A stretch of DNA of 64,000 nt from Fibrobacteria bacterium (GTDB taxonomy: Bacteria; Fibrobacterota; Fibrobacteria; UBA5070): NCBI GenBank assembly GCA_035352895.1, contig DAOPYN010000007.1, positions 44,656 through 108,655 on the forward strand. The letters run 5' to 3'. Made by a program: the position numbers and the translations under genes. Below the pieces are notes generated by a model. That model was not told the origin of the DNA. It did not search any database and was given only the letters and a program-made list of their open reading frames with translations. Each line of letters begins with the position of its first letter. Position 1 is the first letter of the stretch. Of the stretch, positions 19,267 to 27,369 are shown piece after piece.

Positions 19267-20358
19267 ATGCTGATCGATTCAACGCTGCGCGAGGGCATGC
19301 AGGCCATCGACGTCTATCTGGACGCGCGGGAACGCGTCGAGCTTGCCTCGAGGATCGCCTCCGCGGGAGTCGCGGAACTGGAGATCGGATGGTCCGACCG
19401 GGGTCAGGATCTCCAGGCGGTGGTTTCGGCCGTCCACCACGAACGCGCGCGCGCCCTTGTCTGGAGCATGGCCCGTCGAGTCTCGCTGGAGGCGGCGGCC
19501 CGCTCCGGCGCGGAGGCGGTGAGCGTCTGCTTGCCCGCCTCGCGACGCCACCAGTCGGAGCGGTTCGGCCTGGATCTGGCAGGGGTGGAAGACTGGGTCC
19601 GCGAATCCGTCGCGCAGGCAAGGCACCTGTTCGCCTTCGTCCAAGTGGGCTTCGAGGACGCCTCGCGCGCCGACCGGACCGTCCTGGCCACCCTCCTCCA
19701 GGTCGCGGAGGATTCCGGAGCGGATCGCGTCCGGGTGGCCGACACCGTCGGCTTGCTGTCCCCCCTGGAGGTGGCCAGGCTGGTCTCCCGAACCCACGCG
19801 GCAACCAAGCTGCCCCTGGGAGTGCATCTGCACGACGACCTCGGAATGGCCACCGCCGGGGCGATCACGGCCATCGAATCCGGTGCCACCTGCGCCGACT
19901 CCACCCTCCTGGGGATCGGGGAACGGGCGGGGATCTCCGCGACCGAAGAGATCGCCGCCTGGGGCGTGTTGCGCCACGGGATGGACATCGACCTCCGCGC
20001 CCTGCGCGATGCCTGCCAGTGGCTCGCCTCCCGGACCGGGATGGTCATCCCGGGATCCAAGGCGGTCGCGGGCGGGAACCTGTTCTCCACCGGCACGGGG
20101 ATCCACGTGGACGCCATCGGCCGCAACCCCTCCCTCTACGAGCCGTGGGATCCCGTCCGCACCGGACACGAGCGTTCCAGCGTGCTGGGGGCCAATTCCG
20201 GGAAGGGGGCGGTGCGCTTGAAGCTCCAGGAACTTGGCCTCCCGGAGCCGTCGGACCTGGAGGACTTGGTTGACGAAATCCGTCACGAAGGAGCCCGCCT
20301 GCGCCGCCCCCTGCGGGACGAGGAACTGCCTCGATTCCTGGAGCGACCGGTGGGGTGA
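19267..20358 (+). CDS. nifV: Homocitrate synthase (NifV-like, HMGL-like family)
   Basis: LIDSTLREGMQ ... HLHDDLGMATA motifs. The start was chosen at the second ATG, 6 nt after AGGAGG. Confidence 0.8.
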   Translation: MLIDSTLREGMQAIDVYLDARERVELASRIASAGVAELEIGWSDRGQDLQAVVSAVHHERARALVWSMARRVSLEAAARSGAEAVSVCLPASRRHQSERFGLDLAGVEDWVRESVAQARHLFAFVQVGFEDASRADRTVLATLLQVAEDSGADRVRVADTVGLLSPLEVARLVSRTHAATKLPLGVHLHDDLGMATAGAITAIESGATCADSTLLGIGERAGISATEEIAAWGVLRHGMDIDLRALRDACQWLASRTGMVIPGSKAVAGGNLFSTGTGIHVDAIGRNPSLYEPWDPVRTGHERSSVLGANSGKGAVRLKLQELGLPEPSDLEDLVDEIRHEGARLRRPLRDEELPRFLERPVG

Positions 20359-20464
20359 GGACGGTTGCGGACCGAGGCCTGGACCGCCCTCGCGACCCTC
20401 CAGGCTACCGGCGGAAGACCGCCACAGCATCAAACGGGGCGCCTACCCACGACACCTTCCGTGT

Positions 20465-20509
20465 TTTACCATGAAAATCCCGCACCTTCAGCGGGATCTT
20501 AATGGTAAA
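20465..20509. terminator. Bidirectional rho-independent terminator between convergent nifV and nifB
   Basis: TTTACCAT-gaaa-ATCCCGC-accttca-GCGGGAT-ctta-ATGGTAAA extended palindrome with A/T flanks on both strands. Confidence 0.55.
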
Positions 20510-20568
20510 CGACCTGGATGGGATCCACCGCGATCCCCACCCTGAGGTCTTCCGCGAATCCGCGTGAG

Positions 20569-21849
20569 CTACCCGCAACCCGTTCCCGGTTCGCGCACCT
20601 TTCCGCATCCGCAGGCGCTGCCCAATCCGTTGCGCCGCGCCCGGAGCTTGGCGATGTCCTGGCCGCCGTAAACGGTCTCCAGGGCGTCGTCGATGAGTCC
20701 CTCCATCTCGCAGACCGCCACGCCCCTGGCCTCCAATGCCTTGCGCGGCGCCTCGCCGGCCGCCGCCACCAGGATGGCCCGGCAGTCGGACACCACCTCG
20801 GCGAGCTCCTCCCAGCGCGATCCGCCCGAACCCGGCGAGGGGCAGGGGCGGTCGGCGATCAGACGGAATCCGTCGTCGGAGCGTTCCCAGATCTGGACGC
20901 GATCCGCCACGCCCAGGTGCTGGTTCACGAGCACCCCTTCCTGCGTGGCCACGGCCACGTAGGGACGGTCGCGCGCGACCTCCTCGCGGGCCTCGTCCAT
21001 CAGGCTCGCGAACTCCCGCGACCGATCCTCTTCCAACAGTCCCACCGCGTCGGCGCGGCAGCGCTGGCAGTGCATCATCTGCTTGAGGTACTTGCTGGAA
21101 CCTCTGCGCGCCCGGTGCATGGTGTTGGCGTCGGGCTCGGGAAGGTCCTCGAAGAGGGCCCCCGGAGCGGGAGTCATGGGGATCAGGTTGTGGACGTCGG
21201 CGCCCAGTTCCGACACCACGCGGGCGATGTCCTCCACGTGGTGGTCGTTCACGCCCGGCACCACCACGGTGTTGATCTTCACTTCGATGCCGTGGGACTT
21301 GAACTTGGGAATGGCGGCCAGCTGGCGTTCCATCAGGAGCTTGGCCCCCTCGATGCCCCGGTAGGTCTTCTTGCCGTCGCGCACCCAGGCGTACACCTTC
21401 GCCCCCACCTCGGGATCCACCGCGTTGATGGTGATGGTCATGTGCGACACCCGCACCTCGGCGAGGCCGTCCACCACGTCGTCCGTGAGGCCCAGGCCAT
21501 TGGACGACACGCACAGGAGCATCTCCGGAGCGGTGTCGCGGATCAGGCGGAGCGTCTCCATGGTCGCGTCCGTGTTGGCGAACGGATCGCCGGGACCCGC
21601 GATCCCGCACACGGCGATGCGCGGCTCCGCGGCGATGGCGCGGTGCAGGTAGGCGGCAGCCTCCTTGGGGGCCAGCACGCGGCTGGACACCCCCGGCCGG
21701 CTCTCGTTGGGGCAGTCGGTCTTGCGGGAGCAGTAGGCGCACTGGATGTTGCACTTGGGCGCCACGGGAAGGTGGATGCGCCCGAACTCGTGCTTTTTCC
21801 CTTCGCTGAAGCAGGGATGCCGTTCCACGGGAAGTCTCGACTGGAACAT
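20569..21849 (-). CDS. nifB: FeMo-cofactor biosynthesis radical-SAM protein NifB (with C-terminal NifX-like domain)
   Basis: HPCFSEGKKHEFGRIHLPVAPKCNIQCAYC N-terminal signature. NifX/NafY-like C-terminus. RBS AAAGGAG. Confidence 0.95.
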   Translation of the reverse strand: MFQSRLPVERHPCFSEGKKHEFGRIHLPVAPKCNIQCAYCSRKTDCPNESRPGVSSRVLAPKEAAAYLHRAIAAEPRIAVCGIAGPGDPFANTDATMETLRLIRDTAPEMLLCVSSNGLGLTDDVVDGLAEVRVSHMTITINAVDPEVGAKVYAWVRDGKKTYRGIEGAKLLMERQLAAIPKFKSHGIEVKINTVVVPGVNDHHVEDIARVVSELGADVHNLIPMTPAPGALFEDLPEPDANTMHRARRGSSKYLKQMMHCQRCRADAVGLLEEDRSREFASLMDEAREEVARDRPYVAVATQEGVLVNQHLGVADRVQIWERSDDGFRLIADRPCPSPGSGGSRWEELAEVVSDCRAILVAAAGEAPRKALEARGVAVCEMEGLIDDALETVYGGQDIAKLRARRNGLGSACGCGKVREPGTGCG

Positions 21850-21898
21850 GACCGTTCTCCTTTGTTGGGTTGCGACGGATTTTGGCGGCCACGGGCCG

Positions 21899-23284
21899 TC
21901 AGAGATACGAGTAGCCCACCGGCGAGTCGTCCTGGCGCTTTTCCAGGATGGCGTTGACGATGGTGTCCAAGAGGTTCAGGGCGCCGCGCCAGCCCACGTG
22001 GAGCATGCGTTGGCCGCCGAAGCGGTCGTGCAGGGGGAATCCCACCCGCACCAGGGGAACATCGCGGCGACGCGACAATTTGTAGCCCTTGGCGTGGCCC
22101 AGGAAGAAGTCCGCCTGCTGGCTTTCGACGCAGTCCTCCACGTCGCGGAAATCGGAATCCGACAACACCCGCGGCGGCTCCTCCAAAAACGACCGCGTCA
22201 CGCGGTCGATCTCGGAGGCCAGGTTCCCGCTCTTGCCACCGGAAGCCGCCAGCGTGGTCTTGACGCCGATTTCCGTCAGGAAGGCGACCAGGCCCACCAC
22301 CATGTCCTCGTCCCCGAAGACCACCGCGGTCCGGCCCGACAGGTACTTGTGGGCGTCCACGCAGGCGTCGATCAACCGCCCACGCTCCATCTGCAGGATG
22401 GCGGGCGTCTCGCGACCGGAGACTTCCTCCAGCAATGCGGCGAAGGCGTCTGTCTCGCGGATCCCGATGGGAAGTCCCAGGTTGCGCACCGGTACCTTCC
22501 AGGCCTCCCCCAGGTAGGAGGTGGCGGAAATCCTGGGAGCGATCGTGCGACCGAACTCCACCGCCATGCGGCTTCCCGGGAGGGCGCGCATCTGGTCCAT
22601 GGTGGTTCCGCCCGCCGACATCAGTGGCATCTCGTCCAACGCGGGCCCGTCCAGGCGTTCGGAATAGTCCGGGACCAGCGTGGCGCCCAGCCCGAAGGCC
22701 TGGACCAATTCCCGCAGGTGGCGGAGATCCGCCGGCGACACGAAGTTGGGAAACAGGGCCACGCCCCCGTGGGGGGCGGTGGGCTCCGCGAAGTGCTCCA
22801 CCAGGGCGCGGGTGGCTCCGTGGAATCCATCCATGTGGGTGCCGTCGTAGCTGGGGCACGACACCTTCACCACCTCCGGATTGCCCGCGTCCAACGGATG
22901 CTCCAGGACCTCCTTGTCCCATTCGTGCACGAGCATGCCCAAATCCTCGCCGGTGGTCTCCGTGAGGCAGGTTGTGGCCAGGCCCACCACCTTGGCGCCG
23001 TACTTCTCCGTGACGTTGCGCAATCCCTTGCGCAGCGACGGCCCGCCACCCAGCACGGCTTCCTTCTCCGAAACGCTGGAGGACGCGATGTCCACCGGCT
23101 CGCGGAAGTGGCTGATCAGGTAGCGGCGCATGTAGGTGGCGCATCCTTGCGAGCCGTGCAGGAACGGGACGCAGCCCTCCACACCCTGGAAGGCCACCAT
23201 GGCGCCCAGCGGGCGGCACTGGTGGCAGGGATTGGCCGTGGACACCCAGGGTTCGCGCCGTTGCGCATCGGCGGTCTTGATCAT
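21899..23284 (-). CDS. nifN: Nitrogenase MoFe cofactor biosynthesis protein NifN
   Basis: NifN N-terminus: NPCHQCRPLGAMVAFQGVEGCVPFLHGSQGCATY. The start codon overlaps the nifE stop (ATGA) and is preceded by AGGAGG. Confidence 0.9.
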   Translation of the reverse strand: MIKTADAQRREPWVSTANPCHQCRPLGAMVAFQGVEGCVPFLHGSQGCATYMRRYLISHFREPVDIASSSVSEKEAVLGGGPSLRKGLRNVTEKYGAKVVGLATTCLTETTGEDLGMLVHEWDKEVLEHPLDAGNPEVVKVSCPSYDGTHMDGFHGATRALVEHFAEPTAPHGGVALFPNFVSPADLRHLRELVQAFGLGATLVPDYSERLDGPALDEMPLMSAGGTTMDQMRALPGSRMAVEFGRTIAPRISATSYLGEAWKVPVRNLGLPIGIRETDAFAALLEEVSGRETPAILQMERGRLIDACVDAHKYLSGRTAVVFGDEDMVVGLVAFLTEIGVKTTLAASGGKSGNLASEIDRVTRSFLEEPPRVLSDSDFRDVEDCVESQQADFFLGHAKGYKLSRRRDVPLVRVGFPLHDRFGGQRMLHVGWRGALNLLDTIVNAILEKRQDDSPVGYSYL

Positions 23285-24693
23285 GGCATCCTCCTGTTGA
23301 CGGTTTCCGTCGAAAGTGGGGTGTTGGCGGTGGTGCGTCCGATGCGTCGCGGCACCAGCTTCCAGATGGGGCTCTCCACCGTGGCGGCCACCTCCCTGGC
23401 GAAGTTCCGCATGCCCAGGAATCCCTCCAAGGCCAGCTTGCGCTCGTGGTTGTGGTCGCAGAAGCCCAGTCCCAGCTTGTAGGCGATGGGCCGTTCCTTG
23501 ACGCCTCCCACCAGGATGTCCACATCGTTGTCGCGCAGGAACGCCCCCAGTTCCAGAGGATTGGTGTCGTCCACGATCACCGTGCCCGGATCGCACACCT
23601 GCTGGATCTCCCGGTAGTCCTCCTCGGTTCCGGTCTGCGATCCCACCAGGGTCACCTTCACGCCCAGGTGGCGGAAGGCCTTGATCAGCGAGAAGGCCTT
23701 GAACGCTCCGCCCACGTAGATCGCGGCGGTCTTTCCCTGCAGGCGCTTCTTGAGCTCCTTCATTTCCGGGACCAGCGTGGAAAGTTCCTCGGCCACGATC
23801 CTGCGGGCCTTCTCCATGACCTGCCAGTCCACGTCCTGGAAGTGGCGGGCCACCGCGTAGAGGGATTCCGCCATGTCCTCGATCCCGAAGTACGACACCC
23901 GCAGGAAAGGAACCCCGTGCTTTTCCTTCATGTAGCGCGCGAGCTCCATGGTGGCGCCCGAGCACTGCACCACGTTGAGCTTGGCGCCGTGGCTTTTCCG
24001 GATATCGTCCACGCGGCCGTCTCCGGTGACGTTGGCCACCACCTGGAGTCCCATCTTCTCGTAGTACTGGCGGATCAGCCAGATCTCGCCGGCCAGGTTG
24101 AAGTCCCCCAGGATGTTGATGGACAAGGGACCGATCCCGGTGGTGTCGCCGGTGCCCACCAGGCGATCGATGGCCTTGCAGGCGGCGCTGTACCCGGCGC
24201 GCTTGTTGCCCTTGAATCCTTCCGACTGGACCGCGATCACGGGGATCCCCACGTCGGCTTCCACACGCTTGCACACGGCCTCGATGTCGTCGCCGATCAC
24301 TCCCGCCACGCAAGTGGAATAGACGAAGGCGCCACGGGGCTGGTACTTGGCGATGAGTTCGCGCAGGGACCGCTCCAGCTTTTTCTCCGCCCCGAAGATG
24401 ACCTCGCGTTCGCGCATGTCGGTGGAAAACGACATGCGGTGCAGTTCGGGCCCGCTGGAGAGGGCACCGCGGATGTCCCAGGTGTAGGCGGCGCAACCGA
24501 TGGGCCCGTGCACCAGGTGCAGGGCGTCGGCGATCGGGTAGAGCACCACACGGGCGCCGCAGAACACGCAGGCCCGCTGCGACACGGCCCCCGACAGGCT
24601 CTGCTTGTCGCAGGAGATGGACTCCTGGCCGCTGCCCGCCACGAGGATCTGCCCTTTGCGTTCGGCGAAGACCGAGATCGAATCGGTTCCCAT
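23281..24693 (-). CDS. nifE: Nitrogenase MoFe cofactor biosynthesis protein NifE
   Basis: NifE signatures: CDKQSLSGAVSQRACVFCGARVVLYPIADALHLVHGPIGCAAY. The start was chosen at MGTDSISVFAERKGQ, preceded by GGGGAGGG. Confidence 0.95.
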   Translation of the reverse strand: MGTDSISVFAERKGQILVAGSGQESISCDKQSLSGAVSQRACVFCGARVVLYPIADALHLVHGPIGCAAYTWDIRGALSSGPELHRMSFSTDMREREVIFGAEKKLERSLRELIAKYQPRGAFVYSTCVAGVIGDDIEAVCKRVEADVGIPVIAVQSEGFKGNKRAGYSAACKAIDRLVGTGDTTGIGPLSINILGDFNLAGEIWLIRQYYEKMGLQVVANVTGDGRVDDIRKSHGAKLNVVQCSGATMELARYMKEKHGVPFLRVSYFGIEDMAESLYAVARHFQDVDWQVMEKARRIVAEELSTLVPEMKELKKRLQGKTAAIYVGGAFKAFSLIKAFRHLGVKVTLVGSQTGTEEDYREIQQVCDPGTVIVDDTNPLELGAFLRDNDVDILVGGVKERPIAYKLGLGFCDHNHERKLALEGFLGMRNFAREVAATVESPIWKLVPRRIGRTTANTPLSTETVNRRMP

Positions 24694-24759
24694 CTGAGCG
24701 CCCTCCCCGGTACATCGCGGCGCGACATCGCGCCACATCCGGACGGAAGATCAAGGACC

Positions 24760-24775
24760 ATGCCAAAGAACCAGA
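24760..24775 (-). promoter_or_regulatory. Candidate sigma-54 promoter for nifENB (TGGCAT-N5-TTGAT)
   Basis: The -24 element is good. The -12 element has GA instead of the consensus GC. It lies about 67 nt upstream of the nifE ATG. The nifH candidate has the same variant -12 (TTGAT). Confidence 0.3.
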
Positions 24776-24907
24776 TCCGCGATTCCCGCAATTGTCCATC
24801 CGCACCGGAGTCTACAGGAGGGAGAATGTCAGAGAAGGTGCGATTGTCATTGTCCCAATGCGATCATTCTGACATTTCCCGTCATCGCCTGGCGCGGGAC
24901 CAAAGGA

Positions 24908-24935
24908 GAAACGACGACCCGAAGGTCGTCGTTTC
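24908..24935 (-). terminator. Rho-independent terminator downstream of the ferredoxin gene
   Basis: ACGACGACC-cgaa-GGTCGTCGT hairpin, followed on the minus strand by TTTCTCCTTT. Confidence 0.55.
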
Positions 24936-25097
24936 CGCGCTCGCGGTGGCTGCCGCGGCGAAAGGTGCCGATCCGCAACAAGAGCCTGCTTGCGGATCGG
25001 CGCCAGGCAAGCCCGGAGGGAGGTCGACAGGTCGAGGGCGGGGAATATCCGGCCCGATGTCTCATGTCCATCCCCCTGGTTTTCCTCCCTCCGGGAC

Positions 25098-25403
25098 TCA
25101 GGTCAGTTCGTACTGCTTGCAGGTCTCCCCTTCCTGCATGGCGTCCAGGATCGCGTCGATGGCCTCCTCGTCCACCTTGCCGTACCAGACGTTGTCCGGA
25201 TGGACGATCATGATCGGGCCGCGGTCGCACGCCTTGAGGCAGGCGGTGCTGGACACCGTCACCCCATCCATGCCGCGATCGGCGAGTTCGCCTTCCAGGT
25301 ACCCCAGAAGATCGTTGGCTCCTTTCTTCTTGCAGGCCCCCTGGGCCTCGCCCGTGACGCGGAAGCTCGCGCACACGAAGATCTGCTTTTCCGGCTTTTG
25401 CAT
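25098..25403 (-). CDS. Thioredoxin-like [2Fe-2S] ferredoxin (nif-associated FdxN/Fd-III type), 101 aa
   Basis: Cys ligand spacing VCASFR ... GACKKKG ... ACLKACDRGP, typical of thioredoxin-like 2Fe ferredoxins. Located between nifK and nifE. Confidence 0.8.
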   Translation of the reverse strand: MQKPEKQIFVCASFRVTGEAQGACKKKGANDLLGYLEGELADRGMDGVTVSSTACLKACDRGPIMIVHPDNVWYGKVDEEAIDAILDAMQEGETCKQYELT

Positions 25404-25449
25404 AGGTCCCCCCTCCGAAGATTCGCCGCTTTGAATTCTGGTGGATAAT

Positions 25450-25485
25450 CCCCCGGCATCGGAACTGGCGGTCCGATGCCGGGGG
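25450..25485 (-). other. Perfect 14-bp GC-rich stem-loop (CCCCCGGCATCGGA / TCCGATGCCGGGGG, 8-nt loop), about 50 nt upstream of the ferredoxin start
   Basis: Read directly from the sequence. No U-tract follows on either strand, so it is not a classic intrinsic terminator. Confidence 0.5.
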
Positions 25486-25550
25486 AGCGTATGCCGCCCG
25501 TCGCCGGGCGGATGGGGCCAATTTGCGCCCCCTCGGAAATCGTCAACAAA

Positions 25551-25816
25551 CCGTTGAATGTCTCACTCGATGAGAATGGCGAGTCCGGGGGATGCAGCCG
25601 ACGTGACAAGATCTGCGACGGCGACCAAGGCGTTTCCACCGAACCTCCCACTCGCTTTCGCGAGTGGGAGCCAAGCTGAGCCCACACCGAGGATGCATCC
25701 ACCTGATTCCATTCGTTCTTCGAAATACGTTGATCGTTTCAATCGATGAGAATGGCGAGATGGGGGATGAAGTCGCAGCGACGAGCCCCTTCGACGGCGA
25801 CCAAAGCGTACGCGTT
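25551..25816. repeat. Two tandem copies (period 176 bp) of a conserved non-coding element in the nifK-ferredoxin intergenic region
   Basis: Copy 1 at 25553-25633 and copy 2 at 25729-25809 share GTTGA, an identical 17-mer TCGATGAGAATGGCGAG, GGGGGATG, and a 17/18-matching block CGACGGCGACCAARGCGT. Intervening segments differ in length and sequence, and both carry local hairpins. No coherent protein is shared. Confidence 0.6.
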
Positions 25817-25878
25817 CGGTACGCTGCGGGAACCGGAGAATGGGGTCGGAGCAAGAATTCGCCCCCAGATCGCCGTTC

Positions 25879-27249
25879 TCACATCTGCAGTTCCAGCTTG
25901 TGCTCTTCCACGTCCCGATCGATCCGATCCATGAGCAGGTTCAGGATCTTTTCGGCCAGGCGGATGCCTCCCATGTAGCCCACGCTCGGGAAGTGCTGGT
26001 GCCCCTGGCGGTCCAAGATCGGGAACCCGAAGCGAAGGAAGGGCACGTCCTCGTCGCGGGCCATGTACTTGCCGTAGGTGTTCCCGATCAGCAGATCCAC
26101 CGGCTCGTTCTTCATGAGCTGGTGCAGCAGGAACATGTCGCCGCCCACCTTCACGTTGGAATCGGGATTGATTTCCGTGAGGCGGTCGCGGATGTAGTTG
26201 CCCTCGGTTCCGGTGACCACGTGCCGCACGCTCATACCCATGGTGCGTAGGAATTCCGTGAGGGGGATGAGCTGGTCGGGATCCCCGAACACGGCCACCT
26301 TCCTGCCCCACAGGTACTGCTCCATGTCGGTGAGCAGGTCCACGAGCTTCCCGCGCTCGTCGGCGAGGGTTTCGGGAACCTCCACCGCGTAGGCGTTGCG
26401 CAGGGCGTCCACGAAGCGGTCGGTGGCGGCGAGGCCGATCGGCAGGTCCAGGACCTGTCCACCCACGCCGTGGTCGGTCTTGAGCTGTTCGAACCCGGCC
26501 AGGGTCGCCACGCGACCCAGCGCGAAGCTCTCGCGTGCGTCGCCGGCGCGCTCGATGTCCTCGATCTTAGCGCCGCCCTTGGGGTAGAACACGTGCTTGC
26601 CGGTCATGGGAGCGTCGAAGACGCCGTCGGTGTCCGGGAACATCACGAAGGGGATGCCCAGGACATTCAGGTACCGCTTGATCTCGCGCATGTCCGCTGG
26701 CTCCACCCAGCCCGGGATCACCGCGGCGAAATCGCCCTTGGTGCCGGAGGACTTGCAGAGTCCCTTGACGATGCCCTTGACCATGTTGGCGTAACCGGTC
26801 ACGTGGGTTCCCACGTAGCTCGGGGTGTTGCCGTAGATGATCCTCTTGCCTTCGGGGACCTTGCCGTCGTCGAAGGCCTTCTTGCTGATCTGCACCATGT
26901 CGTCGCCGATGGTCTCGGAGAGGCAGGTGGTGTGGATGGCGATGATCTTGGGGTCGTAGACCGAGAAGATGGTCTGGATGGCGGTGAGCAGGTTGGCCTG
27001 ACCGCCGAACACCGCGGAGCCCTCGGTGAACGAGCTGGTGGAGGCCATCACCGGATCCTTGTAGTGGCGCGTGAGCGTGCTCCGGTGGTAGGAGCAGCAC
27101 CCCTGCGAGCCGTGGCTGTGGGGCAGGCATCCGTGGATGCCCAGCGCCGCGTACATGGCACCGATGGGTTGGCAGGTCTTGGCGGGATTGATGACCAGGG
27201 CTTCGCGCTCCTTGATCTCGCCCGCTGGGGTGTGTCTGAGCAGAGTCAT
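25879..27249 (-). CDS. nifK: Nitrogenase MoFe protein beta chain (short, anaerobe-type, 456 aa)
   Basis: NifK signatures: CQPIGAMYAALGIHGCLPHSHGSQGCCSYHR ... RFGFPILDR. Confidence 0.95.
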   Translation of the reverse strand: MTLLRHTPAGEIKEREALVINPAKTCQPIGAMYAALGIHGCLPHSHGSQGCCSYHRSTLTRHYKDPVMASTSSFTEGSAVFGGQANLLTAIQTIFSVYDPKIIAIHTTCLSETIGDDMVQISKKAFDDGKVPEGKRIIYGNTPSYVGTHVTGYANMVKGIVKGLCKSSGTKGDFAAVIPGWVEPADMREIKRYLNVLGIPFVMFPDTDGVFDAPMTGKHVFYPKGGAKIEDIERAGDARESFALGRVATLAGFEQLKTDHGVGGQVLDLPIGLAATDRFVDALRNAYAVEVPETLADERGKLVDLLTDMEQYLWGRKVAVFGDPDQLIPLTEFLRTMGMSVRHVVTGTEGNYIRDRLTEINPDSNVKVGGDMFLLHQLMKNEPVDLLIGNTYGKYMARDEDVPFLRFGFPILDRQGHQHFPSVGYMGGIRLAEKILNLLMDRIDRDVEEHKLELQM

Positions 27250-27369
27250 TTTCCGTCTCCGTAGGTCGAGTTTCGGCGGAGTCCCGCCTGCATGTCAGGG
27301 TTCAGAGAACGCGGATGGCCCGTGGACCGTCCGCGTGGAACCGGGGGGAACGCTCCCCCCGCGAGGTGA

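Noticed and set aside
19052-24805. Numerous 200-970-aa ORFs in alternative frames across the nifV/nifB/nifN/nifE region, including the 968-aa ORF 21899-24805
   Set aside because: In the 968-aa ORF only the segment from MIKTADAQ onward (21899-23284) is NifN. The upstream in-frame extension and the other frames give Arg/Gly/Pro-rich nonsense.
25900-25940. Possible third, degenerate copy of the tandem repeat core inside the nifK 3' end (TCGATCCGATCCATGAGCAGG at the +176 position)
   Set aside because: Only about 60% similar to the 17-mer core and within conserved NifK C-terminal coding sequence. Probably coincidental.
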